64,000 nucleotides of DNA from the human T2T-CHM13v2.0 reference genome, Homo sapiens. This document shows positions 14,871 through 35,477 of this stretch, piece after piece. The number at the start of each line of letters is the position of its first letter. Within the stretch, counting starts at the first letter, position 1. The notes beneath the pieces are model-generated. The model was given only the letters and a program-made list of their open reading frames with translations. It did not search any database and was not told the origin of the DNA. The DNA is taken from the NCBI RefSeq assembly GCF_009914755.1, contig NC_060947.1. One strand, given 5' to 3'. The translations under genes were made by a program, and so were the position numbers.

Positions 14871-17123
14871 CAGACAGTTCCAAAGTGAATGGACACCATC
14901 CTGTTTGGAAGGCTGCTACTTAGATCAAAGAAGGTAAAAACAGATCCACTCAGTGGGCTGAATTACATGCAGTTTTTCTAACAGTGATGAAAGAATTGAA
15001 CAATGGTGCAAACCCCTGGGTTTGGGTTTTTACTGACTCATGGGCAGTGACCAATGGCCTAGCCATACACTCAGACAAGAGGGCCATGGACACCTGGACT
15101 ATCAAAAGAATGCCCAAATGAAGCATGGCCCTGTGGAGACGTGAGGGGGCATTAAAGGAGAGTAAGTCAGTGCCCATCAGAACTCCCTTCCAGGTTTGGA
15201 AGTTGACTGGAATCGACAAGTAGATATCCCTGTGTGCTCCCTTGAAGTGGCCACCTGGGCCCATGAAATGAGTGGATATGGGGGTATTGTAGCACTACAG
15301 TGATGGGCTGAATCTAGACATGTTCCTTTTGCACCCTCTCAGGCACAAAATGCCAGAAAGAACTGTTCTGTTTCTCAGCAAAAGAGACAGAGATTGCTGA
15401 TGGCTGCGGGGCAGATTCTCTGGTGGGAAGGCCCTGAACATAGCTGGCAACTGAGACTAATGCTGGTAGCCCCGTGGGGAGGCTAAAAATGGGACCTGAC
15501 AGGAATAAACACTGACTCTGGAGTGGGCTTTGCTTATCTAATGGAAGATGAAAATGCTCAGAGTACCATAAAAAAATATAGAAGATATTGTATAGATTTG
15601 GATGGCTGGCCATCATTTTTTCAGACCAAGGAACACACTGTACAGCCCACAAAGTCCAACAATGAGTAGCAAGATATCCTTAGTGTAACAGTTTGACAGA
15701 GAAGTAGAATGGGCAACTGAAACCTTGGTTGTCTAAAACGGGGAGATAAAAGCATGAAGGGCTGGCTTACACACCTTCATGAGTGTGTGCTCACACCTCA
15801 ACATGAATGGGACTAGAGTGTCCCTGATAGATTTTTTTTTCCTCTGTTTTTCTGGTTTATCTGGGGAAGAGGGGGTGGGGAAGATGCCAGTATGAAAGAA
15901 ATTAAATCTTGGAACCCCAAAATCACTAAGCTAAAGGGAAAAGTCAAACTGGGGACTGCTTAGGGCAAACCTGCCTCCCATTCTATTCAAAGTCATCCCT
16001 CTGCTCACTGAGATGAATGTGTATCTGATTACTTCCTTTGGAAAGGATAATCAGAAACTCAAAAGAATGCAATCTTTTGTCTCTTATCTACCTATGACCT
16101 GAAAGGCCCCTCCCAGCTTCAAGTTGTCCCGCCTTTCCCAACTAAACCGAGGTACATATTGATTGATGTCTCAGGTCTCCCTAAAATGTGTAAAACCAAG
16201 CTGTACCCCGACCACCTTGCACACATATCATCAGGACCTCCTGAGGCTGTCACAGACCATCCTTAACTTTGGCAAAATAAACTTCCTAAATTAACTGGAC
16301 CTATCTCAGATATCTGGGGTTCACACTGATATGACTATGTAGTTCCTGCCAAGGGAGGACTACACTAACATAACGACTATAGTTTGTTCTTTCTTCCTCA
16401 AATCACCTCAGGAAAAAAATATTAATTTTTTCTCCCCTACCTGATGCAATGGCCCTAGGACCAGGGCTGCAAGTACAAGTGTTAGAACAGCAGGGATGAT
16501 TTCTAAGCAAAAAACAAACTATGTTTTTAAACCTTACGTCAAAATTCCTAAGGTCATGATGGATTGTGCCTTCAATCCATCTAGCAAAATTGGGGCTAAC
16601 TGTGATTGCAGCTATATTGCCTGGTGGTAAAAATAGCTCACTAGTTCTACACCTTTGTAACCTTACCCTGTCTGAGTAGACTGAGGAGGAGGTACTTGCC
16701 AGACTTGTACTGCTGCCTGCTATCTAGACCAGCACAGTGACAATTCTAATGTCTCTTCCAATGTTGAAAAAGTTAGTGTACCAACGGAGAGAAGGAGAAA
16801 TACTAGCTGAAATTAAAGAAATGAATAAATGGGATATTGAGGAAAATTAAATATTATGTTACCAACTCAAGAGTCTCAGAGCAAGAGATAACATTGTCTA
16901 TAAGCTCAATAATCCCAGATGCCTGAAAGGGTAAAGCTATATATATTTACCAAGGCCACTCCTGCTTTTGGAAGCTGACAAGATTGAGAAGAAACCCACA
17001 AACAGGAGTGGCCTCATCTTGGAAGACATTCATATACTATGATGGGCTGAAGTAATTATTAATGATTGTGCATAGTATATACTTTTATGTGAAAAATCCA
17101 TAGTCAAAAACCAGGGGGTGGCC
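14871..17123 (+). mobile_element. ERVL-class internal (pol) remnant, MER21-int-like
   Basis: RNase H motif STQWAELHAV...VFTDSWAVTNGLA (14945-15065); integrase-like TGINTDSGVGFAY and IIFSDQGTH; purine-rich tract AGGGGGTGGCC directly before the LTR. Confidence 0.82.
15891..16325 (+). mobile_element. MER4A-type (ERV1) solo LTR nested in the ERVL remnant
   Basis: CCCCAAAATCACTAAGCTAAAGGGAAAAGTCAA...GGGCAAACCTGCCTCCCATTCTATTCAAAGTCA...TTCACA. Confidence 0.85.
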
Positions 17124-17555
17124 TGTGGTATTATGGTATATACTGGTTTTCATCCACGGTTCCTGGCTCATAACTTCCATAGCCCTTGTTACAGCATTTT
17201 GTTATAATGTTGGGTGTGTTAGGACTCAGGGGGCAGGCCTCTGACCTTTTCCTGCCCTCCTTTCTTATTGTAGGTCTTAAGAGCCTTCCATGCAAGGGTC
17301 CCACCCTATACCCTGGGGGAAGGAATGCTGATGTCTTGAAGCTTCCATAAAAACCCAAGGGGTCAGGGTTCAGTAAGCTTCCAGATAGCTGACACGTGGA
17401 GGTTCCTGGAGGGTGGCAACCCCAGGAAGGGCCTGGAAGCTCTGAGCTTCTTCTCCCATATCTCACCCTATGTGTCTCTTCAACTGTATCCTCTGTAGTA
17501 CCCTTTATAATAAACCGGTAAGCATTAAAAAAAAAAAAATTAACTATAAAAAAAA
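17124..17555 (+). mobile_element. MER21-type LTR truncated at its poly(A) site, followed by an A tail
   Basis: TGTGGTATT...CACGGTTCCTGGCTCATAAC; AATAAA at 17509 then A13 at 17527. Confidence 0.8.
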
Positions 17556-17797
17556 TTTTTTTAAGGCCAAAGAGTTTGCTATCCCTCTCTCTGATTTCAA
17601 CCAGAAGACAGCGTCTGCAAACCGGGAAGAGTGCCCTCACCAGACATCCTATCTGCCAGAGCCTTCATCTTGGACTTACCAGGCTCTAGAACTTTGAAAA
17701 GTAAATTTCTGGGTTGTTTAAGCTACCCAGTCTGTGGTATTCTGTTATAGCAGCCTGAACTAGGGCAAAGACAACCTTCACTCAATATTTTTATAGA

Positions 17798-17950
17798 ACA
17801 CCGGTTTTCAAATTTTATTATGCCTCACCATCACCTGGAGGGTTTGTTAGAATACAGATTGCCAGGCCCTACCCAGAGTTTCTGGGGTAGTACGTCTGAA
17901 TCAGGGGCCTGAGAATTGCATTTCTAACAGCTCCCAGGTGATGTGATACA
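17798..17950. mobile_element. MER5A-like hAT-Charlie MITE
   Basis: ATCACCTGGAGGG...GCCTGAGAATTGCATTTCTAACAGCTCCCAGGTGAT. Confidence 0.8.
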
Positions 17951-18150
17951 CTGTCTTGTCTTTTGTAAACACTCTAACAAAATTAGAAAACCTACGATCA
18001 AATGTAAGGACCTAAACAAAATTCAAAACTAAATTTACATAATTTGTGAATTTTCTGCTTTTTCTTTTGCAACAAATATTTTTTGAGCATTTATTCCAGT
18101 GCCCAGAACTAGACTGGACACTGGCACTGGGTGGAGTACTGAGTAAACTA

Positions 18151-18468
<318 letters not shown>

Positions 18469-19736
18469 TTATTTTTTAGATGTTGTTCTACAGGTAGAGG
18501 GGGGCTAATAACTAGTCTCGTAATTCATTAATTACAATTGCAGGAAGAGGTACATAAGAGAAGTACAAGGTACTATGAGGCCCTGTAAGATTGGGTGGTC
18601 TGACATTAGCCTGGGTCAGGGAAGGCTTCTTTAAGGAAAAGACACTTGAACTTAGTTCTGAAGGAGGAGCAGAAATGGGGTCCTCGGGGAGAGAGCATTC
18701 CATATAGTGGGAAGACCGCACACAGTAGAAACAGAATACAGTAGGAGGGTAGATCCCTCAGAGAAGGCCAGAGATACTGTTGCAGGCAGGCATGCAGAGC
18801 CTAGCAGGTAGAGTAAGGAGTCTGAATCGTGCTCTAAGTATGAACGGAGCTACTAGGGATTCTTAGCTAGAAACTAACTTAATGTATGTTTCAAAAAGAG
18901 TCAGCCTAGCTGCTTTGCAGAGATGGAATAAGAGTAGCAAGAGTGGATCCAAAAAAACAATTCAGGGGACCACAATCTGTGGAATTGGGTGATGGACTGG
19001 GTAAGACGGAGTGAGGGAAAGGAAGAAAGATTCAAGGCTAACTCTACAAAATGTTGTGAAGTGATTAGCAGTGCTTTTTCCAATCTGAATTGAATTTTTC
19101 CCTATGGCATAGTGTGAGAGGAAAACAATGGATTTTATCTGTGCCTGGGAAAAGACGGGGCTTACAAAAATAAACAGTAGGATGACAGATCAAATGTTTC
19201 CCTTTTCCAAGAATGGAAAATTCCTTTTGAGAGCATTATATATTAAGCTCGTAGGTAGCTTTAATGTCTCCTTTCACATTTGTGGAAGCAGACTGACAGG
19301 ATTATTCATCTCATGCCATAGTCTCTGAACTATAGGAGCATCTTACTTTTACCTTCTCATAGCATTTGTCACTTTCTGTCTTGTATTTTCATTATATAAC
19401 AATGTTTCTTATCTCCCTTCTAAAACTGTAAGTTCCCTAGTGAAACATAATTTACCACAAAAATAAGAAATCCCAAAGACAATCTATGTACTCCAACCTA
19501 GGGATGTTGTAAGTAGGAAGGGGATTAGAGAAAAAATAGGCAGAAAATTATTTTCTTTTGGCTCATTAAACAAATGAGTTATCCTTAAAAAAGTGACACA
19601 GGAAAAGTTTTTTTTTTAAAGTACTTACGTATTTTATGTAAAAATGTTTAAAGCAGCAATCAAATATAATTAAAGAAAATAGTAAAAGGTTGGAAAATAT
19701 TGCCTGCTGTAATTGGAAAGGCTACTAAGCAAGATT

Positions 19737-19784
19737 TGGAAGATCAAGGGCAAAAATGAATGGAAGATCAAGGGCAAAAATGAA
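19737..19784. repeat. Perfect 24-bp tandem duplication TGGAAGATCAAGGGCAAAAATGAA x2
   Basis: Directly visible. Confidence 0.95.
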
Positions 19785-20040
19785 AATACTTCCACTCTTT
19801 CATGTCACCACATCCTTAAACCGCACTGACAATGGCTAATTGAAGTTAACTAGAGCTCTACAGCAAACTCAGACCATAAATAATTTCTACCCTTAGCAAA
19901 AATCTATCTCCCCTCCCACCGCCCCCACAACAAACACCTCTACAGTCCAAGTATGTGCAACACTCTTAACTGTGTGTGGCAGAAGAATCTTAGTCCCTCC
20001 CTTCTTTGGGAGCTAAGCTTTCCATCTAAGAAAAAGCCAA

Positions 20041-20372
<332 letters not shown>

Positions 20373-20423
20373 TCAGATACCTCAGTCCAGGTCCTAGCAT
20401 AACTCATTAATTTAACATTCATT

Positions 20424-20810
<387 letters not shown>

Positions 20811-21388
20811 CTACTTTCTGATGGGGTCTGATAAGGTCCTAGACTCAAGCATGTTAAAACCAACCATGCATTCTTATAGGCTTCATAACAACCCAAAATG
20901 GTATTTCTTGCTCACAAAACTTCATTTGGGGATTTATTCAAATGACACCTTCTCAGTGAGGCCTTCTTCACCCTTTGAAAAACTGCAACCCTCACCCCTG
21001 ACACTTTCTATCATCATTCTCTGCTTTATCTTTCCTTTATCACTCATCACAGGAGATATTACAATTATGTTGTTTACTGCCTGTCTCCCTGTCCACTGGA
21101 TTGTCCTCCCAAATCTGTTCTTCCTTTCTTCCTGAACACCTCACTTTCCAACCAGAAACTACATTTCCCTGTCTCCCTTGTGGCTAGGGAGGGCCACATG
21201 ACTAAGATTTCTCCAATGGCATGTGCGCAAAAGTAATATGTGAAAGTTTCTGTCACCTTCCTAAAGAAGCTTCTCCTGGACTCCCTTTCCTTCATGCTGG
21301 CTGGAACTTTAAAAATCAAATGCTGTGAAAGACAGAATTGACCAACACAGCCTGGAATGGTGGATGGCCTCATAGAAAAGAAGCTGCT

Positions 21389-21743
<355 letters not shown>

Positions 21744-22942
21744 CTATAATTTTTTGGCCACTGTATTTTGGAGCTCTTTGTTACATTATTTTACCCTGTA
21801 CCCTAACAACAGCTTCCTACATTAGAATGTAGAGACAAAAAGGTCAGAGATTCCTGTCTGTTTTGCTCATCAGTCCATCCCTACCAAGTAGAACAGTGTC
21901 TGGCATGTGATAGGATACTCAATAAATATGTGTGAATGGATTAAATAGACAACTTTATTATCATCGCCCTCCCCATCTCCAGATCACCTTCATGGCTACC
22001 AGAAATTAGATTACAAAATCCAAATGCTCCCCAGAAGTTCCTATATCCCATTCACTGCCATCTTCCCCCGGTTCCACTGAGTGTGCCCTTCAGCCCCACT
22101 AGCCTCCTTTAAGCTTCTCCAATGTGCCTGACTCTTGCCCAACTCAGGGTCTTTGTGCAAGCTGGTTCCAGTAACTACTCCCAAACCCCTTTGCAGAAGT
22201 AGTCCTCATTCCTTCAGTTATCTGCTTAAATGTCATCTCCTCTGACAGAACTTTCATGTTACCCTATCAAAACATATCCTATTTCTGCTATCTCTGTATC
22301 CTATTCATTTTATTCATAACACTTATGAAAATGAGTAAATAAAAAATGTGTTGGGTTTTCCATTCTAAACTGGATTATAAGGTCCATCAGGACATGAACC
22401 ACTTTTGTTTTTATTTACCACTTGGTCCCCATTGCCTAGCATATAGTGCCTAGCTGGTTATAAATAGGTAATAAAGGAGTAAACAAATGAACTTCACTAA
22501 AGATGTTGCATGTTTAAGTATGTTGGGGTGGATATGAGTTACTTAAAGCATATGTAGCTCTCCATAAATACAGTATTCAAATGTCCTTGACTACCTTCCT
22601 GACAATAACATAAGTTTCTATTTATGGGGCTATAAACCAATGCACAACCTGGCAGATTTTTTATTGCTTTCTTAGAAGGATTATCACTCCCTCTTTCCAC
22701 TACTAGCTTTTAGTTGCTAATAAGCAGGTAGAATTTTAATGACTCCTATTGGTATGATGGACTAAGTAGCTTTTACTAGGATGTTTCCAATGCAGGCTCA
22801 CATGGGGATATAATTTAAAATAAATGATTATTATACTTTAGGACCATGCCAACTGGCCTCCCAGGACCCAGGACTAAAGCTCCTCTGCTTTCTCAGGTCA
22901 AAGTTTCAGTTAATCAATTTGCTTCTAAATTATGTAACCTGA

Positions 22943-23354
<412 letters not shown>

Positions 23355-23852
23355 CACACTGTTTTTAAATAACATTTCTTTCCTTCTGTATCTGGTCTGT
23401 GATGTGATGGTGGATACACAAACTTATGCATGGGATAAAACTGCATAGAACTAAACACATACACACACACACACACACCCCATGCACACACACACAAGTG
23501 AATACAAAATATGGAAAATCTGAAAAACATTGGTGGACGGCATCAACATCAGTATCTTGGTTGTGGCATTATAGTGCAATTTTACAAGATGTTACCACTG
23601 GGGAGAAATTGGGTAGAGTACGTGGGATCTCTCTGCATTTTTTCTTACAATTCCATGTGTATCCATAAATATCTCAATAAAATTTTACATCAAAAATGCT
23701 GTTTCAACACAGAAACTCTAGGATACTACAGAATTCAGCTGGTTACTTTTCTGAAGAAAACAGGAAGGAAGACGCTGGGGAAATGAGAGAAAGAGAAGTA
23801 GGAGTAAATATGAAACTTCATAGTGGGAAAGGTTACTAAAAGAACACTGCAT

Positions 23853-24772
<920 letters not shown>

Positions 24773-24939
24773 AAAAGAACACTGCATATTCTGAAAACAC
24801 AGTCACATATCCGAAATCTACTTCAGGTCACAGTGTCAAAGAGTAAGAGACCAGAACATATGTTAAGGAACATCTAGTTCCATACCTGCATTCTAAAGAC
24901 CTGAAAAGTGAGGCTCAAAAAATAATTTGCAAAATGTTA

Positions 24940-26430
24940 AAAGTTTTAGAAAAAAGAAACAGGAGACTAGCTTCCCAACATTGGCATAGAGAAAGATTGC
25001 TTAAACAAGATACATAAAGCACTAACCATAAAGAAAAAGACAGAAAAATTTAACTACATTAAAATTAAGAACTTGTTTATCAAAAGGTACCAAAAAAAAA
25101 ATAGTAAAAGCAGAAGGCAAAGTATCTTAGAGAAGATATCTGCAACATAGATAACCACAAAGCTTTAGTGTTTTGAATATGAAAAGGACTCTTAAAGTTA
25201 GTATGAGAAAGATAACCCAATAGAAAATAGTAAAAGGAAATAAACAAGTAGATAAGGAGAGAAACATAAATGGCCCATAAACATATGCAAAAATGTTTAA
25301 CTTCATTAGTAATCAGAGAAATGCAAATTAATATCATCGTGAAATAAAATTTCACACACAATAGATTGGCAAAAAGAAAGAACTCAAACAATAGCAAGTG
25401 TTGAGAAAATATAAATCAATGGAAACTCATATATTGCTAGTGAGAATGCCCATTGGTACAACTACTCTGGGTAACAATTTTACCTCCTTTTGTAAAGATG
25501 CACATTCCAAGACCTATGATTACGTATGTGAGACTTCCTATACATACAGTTTTGTGTTTCTATGTATATGCAAATCCTACACACACACACACCCCACAAG
25601 AGAAATATCCTTTAATAAATACACACACACCAAAAGATACATATTGTTCTTAGCAGCACTGATCATGCCAGGAAAATAAAAAATCCTGTGAACAACCCAA
25701 AGGCCCATCGACAGGAGAATGGATAAACTCTAGTAAACTCCCAAGGTGAAATATTATTCAGCAGTGACAATGAATGAATTATGCCTACATAAAACCTTAA
25801 AAAGAATCTTAGCAGGCCAGGCACGGTGGATCACGCCTGTAATAATCTCAGCACTTTGGGAGGCCGAGGGAGGGCGGATCACTTGAGGCCAGGAGTTCAA
25901 GACCAGCCTGGCCATGGCAAGACCCCGTCTCTACTAAAATACAAAAATCAGCCAAGCATGGTGGCATATGCCCGTAGTCTCAGCTAGTTGGGAGGCTGAG
26001 GCAGGCGAATCGCTTGAACCCAGGAGTCAGAGGGTGCAGTAAGCCAAGATCACCCCACTGCACTCCAGCCTGAGAGACAGAGTAAGACTCTGTCTCAAAA
26101 AAAAAAAAAAAAAAAACTTAGCAATACAATATTGAGTAAAAAACAATATACAAACCATTTTTATAAAGCTCAAAATAAGAAAGCTAAATATCTAAGTTTG
26201 CATACATACATGTTAGAACTATAAAATAGAATGATTATTACAAAAATAAGGCTAATGGTTACACGGTGGTGGGAAGGCAAGGAGAGGAGATAGGGAAGTA
26301 GTACATAGGTAGAATTGTATTGCTAATGTTATAATTCTCAAGTTGGGTAGTGGGTATGCAGGGGTTTATTTTATTATTATGCACATATTTTATATCTATT
26401 CTATTTGCATAGAATATTACATTTTTAAAT
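24940..26430 (+). mobile_element. L1ME-type remnant containing an Alu at 25815-26117
   Basis: AACTTCATTAGTAATCAGAGAAATGCAAATT and related L1 motifs; Alu dimer. Confidence 0.75.
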
Positions 26431-27366
26431 GACAGTTTCTTTTAAAAGGAAGTGATTTTTCCAAGGCTACACTGCTCATTAGTAGAGGCACCATAACAAA
26501 GAAGTTCCCACCCCCATACCTCAAAAAACTTCCACAATGTGAGGTACATATTAGGAAATAAACAGATACTTGTTAATGCACATTGAATTTCATGACTACT
26601 TAAAATCATCAATTTCAAACATGGATTCTATAAATCCATTAATAAATCTTCTGATTTGATTACGTATGATTTTTATTTTGATTGCACTGCCTTCATTAGT
26701 ATCTTTAATAAGTAATATGTCTGAATTTTTACAGGAATATTTTAATTGCACTGCCTGAAATTTCAAAACAGGGATATATGTTCTCCTGATACTTTTAATC
26801 AAGGTCTGGGGTCTAACCTAACAAATGATTATGACTTTTAAAATAGACTTTATTTACAGACTCAATTTTCTGAAACTGCTCCCTTGCTAGGGCTCTCAGC
26901 CTTAGGTTGAATCACTGGCTGTAATAAACATGGCACCCAATTCAGCTCGACCAAATTACCACTTGTTCTCAAGTATATACACATGAATTGTCTACTTATT
27001 GCCTCCTACTGTCTTCTAGCAGCTGTCACTCAGCCTGTCCAAGGACTGCCACTCTATCTAACATTCTGCAACTAATTAATTGTATTCATAAGTAGAGATG
27101 AGTAAGAGTGCTTTTGAAAAATAATGGCAGGTGACCACTGGCAAAGGCAGTGTTGATTCCCAGGAAGCTTGCCCGTAATATTCCAGCATCAACAAAAATC
27201 CTCTCCTCCATTAGTGCTGTTAGCTAAAAGATTAATATAATTAGATTTGAGTTTAATTAATTCTAGAGCATAGTTACCAACCAAGGCATGGGTCTACATT
27301 AGATCCTCAATCATTCAGATCAGTGTAAAACTAAACAGTATACCCCTATTAAAAACCCATAAACAG

Positions 27367-27773
27367 TGTCAGGCCTCTGAGCCCAAGCTAAGCCATCATA
27401 TCCCCCTGTGACCTGTAGGTATACATCCAGATGGCCTGAAGTAACTGAAGAATCACACAAGAAGTGAAATTTAAATGGCCTGTTCCTGCCTTAACTGATG
27501 ACATTACCTTGTGAAATTCCTTCTCCTGGCTCATCCTGGCTCAAAAGCTCCCCCACTGAGCACCTTGTGTCCCCCGCCCCTACCGGCCAGAGAACAACCC
27601 CCTTTGACTGTAATTTTCCTTTACCTACCCAAATCCTATAAAACAGTCCCACCCCTATCTCCCTTCGTTGACTCTCTTTTTGGACTCAGCCCGCCTGCAC
27701 CCAGGTGAAATGAACAGCCTTGTTGCTCACACGAAGTCTGTTTGGTGATCTCTTCACACGGACGCGAGTGAAA
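27367..27773 (+). mobile_element. LTR7 (HERV-H) solo LTR
   Basis: TGTCAGGCCTCTGAGCCCAAGCTAAGCC...CTTCACACGGACGCGAGTGAAA; AACAG on both flanks. Confidence 0.93.
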
Positions 27774-27989
27774 CAGTACTTCCTAAAATTTGTCAATGTT
27801 CCCATCCAAAGTATATAAAATTCAGTTCAAACTCATTACTATTAAAGGGGAAACTGAAATTTGGGGTAGAATACCGTCAAATGTGCAATCAAGAGATGGA
27901 GACCCAAAGAGTAAAACAGATAAAAACCCAACAGAAAATAGTCAAAAGATTCGCTCACTCGTAGACTCTAAGCCTAAACACATAGTACA

Positions 27990-28300
27990 GAATTATAAAG
28001 CTGGGAAATAACTTAGATATATATCATCCCAGGAGCCCATGCAGTTCACAGATAAGGAAACTGAAGACAAGGGCAATAGAACTGAGCCTGGAATTCCATA
28101 TTTCTGAATTCTCAATTCACTGAATAATCTTGGAAAAGCCACTTACCCTCTCTCAGTCCATTTTCCCAGCTATAATGAAGATGTTGGACTACTAAATGGC
28201 CTCTAAGGTTCTTTAATAGTTCTAGGATTCACTGAGCCTTACAGACCATCTAGCAGCCCAAGCCCTTTATTTTACAGATGGGAAGTCTAGCAAACTACAA
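27990..28300. mobile_element. MIR fragments
   Basis: CAGATAAGGAAACTGAAG and TTTTACAGATGGGAA core motifs. Confidence 0.6.
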
Positions 28301-28383
28301 TTATTTATAGTAGAGTCTGCCATTCCTGGCCTATAGACACTTTAGATTTGTTCATTCATCTTCACATGATCCTAGGACATAAA

Positions 28384-28846
28384 TGTGACAGTTAATTTTA
28401 TGTGTCAACTTGACTAGGCCACAGCATGCTCAGGTATTTGGCCAAGCATTATTCTAGATGTGTCCGCCAAGGTGTTTCTGGATGAGATTAACATTTGAAT
28501 CAGAAGACTGAGTAAAGCAGATTGCCCTCCATAATGTGGGTGGGCCTCATCAAATCAGTGTAAGGCCTGAGTAGAACAAAAAGGCTGCCCTTCCCCTTCC
28601 CTCAGCTAAGGAATAACTCCTCCTGCATTTTCCTGCCTTCAGAATTGAATAGTGACTCTTCCTGAGTCTTGAACCTACCAGTCTTCAGACTGGAACTTAC
28701 ACCATCAGTTCTTCTGGGTCTCCAACTTGCAGACTGCAGATCTTGGGTCTTGTCAAGCTACATAAACCCATGAGCCAATTCCTTATGATAAATCACTTCT
28801 TGTATATATCCTATTGGTTCTGTTTCTCTGGAGAATCCTAATAACC
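28384..28846 (+). mobile_element. MLT2 (ERVL) LTR
   Basis: GTTAATTTTATGTGTCAACTTGACTAGGCCA...CCTATTGGTTCTGTTTCTCTGGAGAA. Confidence 0.88.
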
Positions 28847-29314
28847 AAATGTGTATAATAAACTAATGCTTATACAGCACTTAAAACAGTTCCTGGAACT
28901 TACCACTCTAGGTTTTGCTGTTATGATGATTAAAAGGCAAAGAAAAACAGCTTACAACTATAACAATTCCATAAACCTGCAACATATCAATGAAATCATG
29001 GATCAGCAATTCAAGATATCCTACAAAACACAAATGCCTACACCTAAAGTAAAATTTTAAAAAAGATTTTTAAAAATTTCAAATCTTGACCCATATAAAA
29101 TAATTAGATTAGCTCCATCTTTGTGCAATAAGGACTTAAATGAGACACTACTATCATTGCTGAATATCTGGTACCCCCTAAAGTTGCAATAAACTCACAA
29201 AAATAATAACATTAAAAGTACTTGCACCTCGATAAAGCTGTTTAAAAACAAATTTTGAAACAAGAATTTGAAAAACACATAGACAAAAAGTTATCAAAAG
29301 GACTTAAAAATTAC

Positions 29315-29612
29315 ACCTGGCGTAGTGGCTCACACCTATAATCTCAGCACTTTGGGAGGCCGAGGCAGGAGGATCAAATGAGGCCAGGAGTTTCAGACCA
29401 GCCTGGTCAACACAGTGAAACCCTGACTCTACTAAAAATGCAAAATTTAGCCAGGCATGGTGGTGCACGTCTGTAATCCTAGCTACTCGGGAGGCTGAGG
29501 CACGAAAATAATTTGAACCCAGGAGGCAGAGGTTACAGTGAGCCACTCCACTCCAGCCTGGGTGACAGAGCAAGACTCTATCTCAAAAAAAGAAAAAGAA
29601 AAAGAAAAAAAA
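29315..29612 (+). mobile_element. Alu
   Basis: Dimer. Confidence 0.93.
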
Positions 29613-29829
29613 ATATTTGATTAATAAACACTTCATTTGGTATTTATACTGGAGTATTTTTTAATTGATATATAATAGTTGTACATATTTTAGGAGTACG
29701 TTAAGTACTTTGAAAATATAATAGCAAATTGCTGAAGAAAATCAATGTTGTAAATGTGTATGAAACCACAGTGAAGCTTATAGAGTTAATTCATTAACTA
29801 CATCACAGAATATTAAATAACTAAAATCA

Positions 29830-30184
<355 letters not shown>

Positions 30185-30654
30185 TTAGTCTTTGATCTCT
30201 CAGTCAAGCACTACAAGTCTATAATTATAAATGGGAAGATTAGAAATGCAAATAGAAATCGTATTTCACTTATTCAGCAAGCATTTAATGAGCACATATT
30301 ATGTCAGGCAGTGAGGCATTAGGGATATAGCAATGAGCAAAAATAGTCACAGGTCTTACCTTCATGGAGCATACTATATAGAGGAAATCTAGACACTAAG
30401 TAAGTTACCAAATACAGTATGCAAATGTAAAGTCAACTACAAAAAGAGTATGAAGGACAGGTTCATAGTAACATGAGAACCTGGCATTGTCTGAGGGAAG
30501 GATCAGGAACAGCTTCCTTAGGGAAGTGATGATTAAGCTGAGCTCTCAGAAATAAGTAAGAGTTGAGACAACTGACTACAGGAGAGAAGTGTACCAGGAA
30601 TATACAGTATATACAACGGTCCTGTGGCAGATGGAACACAAAAAATGAGGAAGG

Positions 30655-34615
<3,961 letters not shown>

Positions 34616-35115
34616 GAAAAAAAGTGAAAGAGAGAGAGCAATACCAGCAAAGTATTTAACCAGAAATCAGTCGAAAGTCAATGAAGTGCTCCTGGTGTGC
34701 GTCTGTAAAAGATCCCCCTGGAGCTGTGTGGAAGACAGATAGGAGAGGGCAAAAGTGGATAATAAAATAATCAATTGCAAAGGTCCAGGTAAATGACAGC
34801 AGTAGCTTAAACTTGAATGGTGGTAGGTGTGGGCATGAAGAAAGGTGGATGGATGTGACAGCATTTTCAGAAATAGAACCTACTGGATTCTCTGACAAAT
34901 GTGATGAAGGGAAAGGTTAGTATTAAGTATGACTGCTAGGTTTTTAGCTTGAGCTACTAGGAGGGGGATGGTGCCATTTACTGAACGGGAAAACTGGAGG
35001 AGGAACAAATATGAAAGTGGAGAGATGCTAATGACTTAGACGAGGGTGGCAGTCATGATGATAAAGAAAAGTGGCACTGACTAAGCATGGTGTCGTGATG
35101 AACTGGTTATGAGGG

Positions 35116-35477
35116 TGATATGTGTCCCCACCCAAATCTCATCTTGAATTATAATCCCCATAATACCCACCTGTCAAGGGAGAGACCAGGTGGAGGCAAC
35201 TGAATCATGGGGGTGGTTTTCCCCATGTTCTCGTGATAGTGAGTGAGTCTCACGAGATCTGACGGTTTCATAAGGGCCTCTTCCCCCCTTCACTCGGCAC
35301 TTCTCCTTCCTGCCACCTTGTGAGGGTGTCTTGCGTCCTAATTGCCTTCTGCCATGATTGGAAGTTTCCTGAGGCCTCCCCAGCCATGTGGAACTGTGAG
35401 TCCATTAAACCTCTTTCCTTTATAAATTACCCAATCTCAGGCAGTTCTTTAAAGCAGTATGAAAATAGACTAATACA
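35116..35477 (+). mobile_element. THE1 (THE1D-like) MaLR solo LTR
   Basis: TGATATG...CCCACCCAAATCTCATCTTGAATT...GACTAATACA; 5-bp TSD GAGGG. Confidence 0.92.

Noticed and set aside
14945-15800. Domesticated retroviral pol gene
   Set aside because: RNase H and integrase motifs are broken by stops and frameshifts
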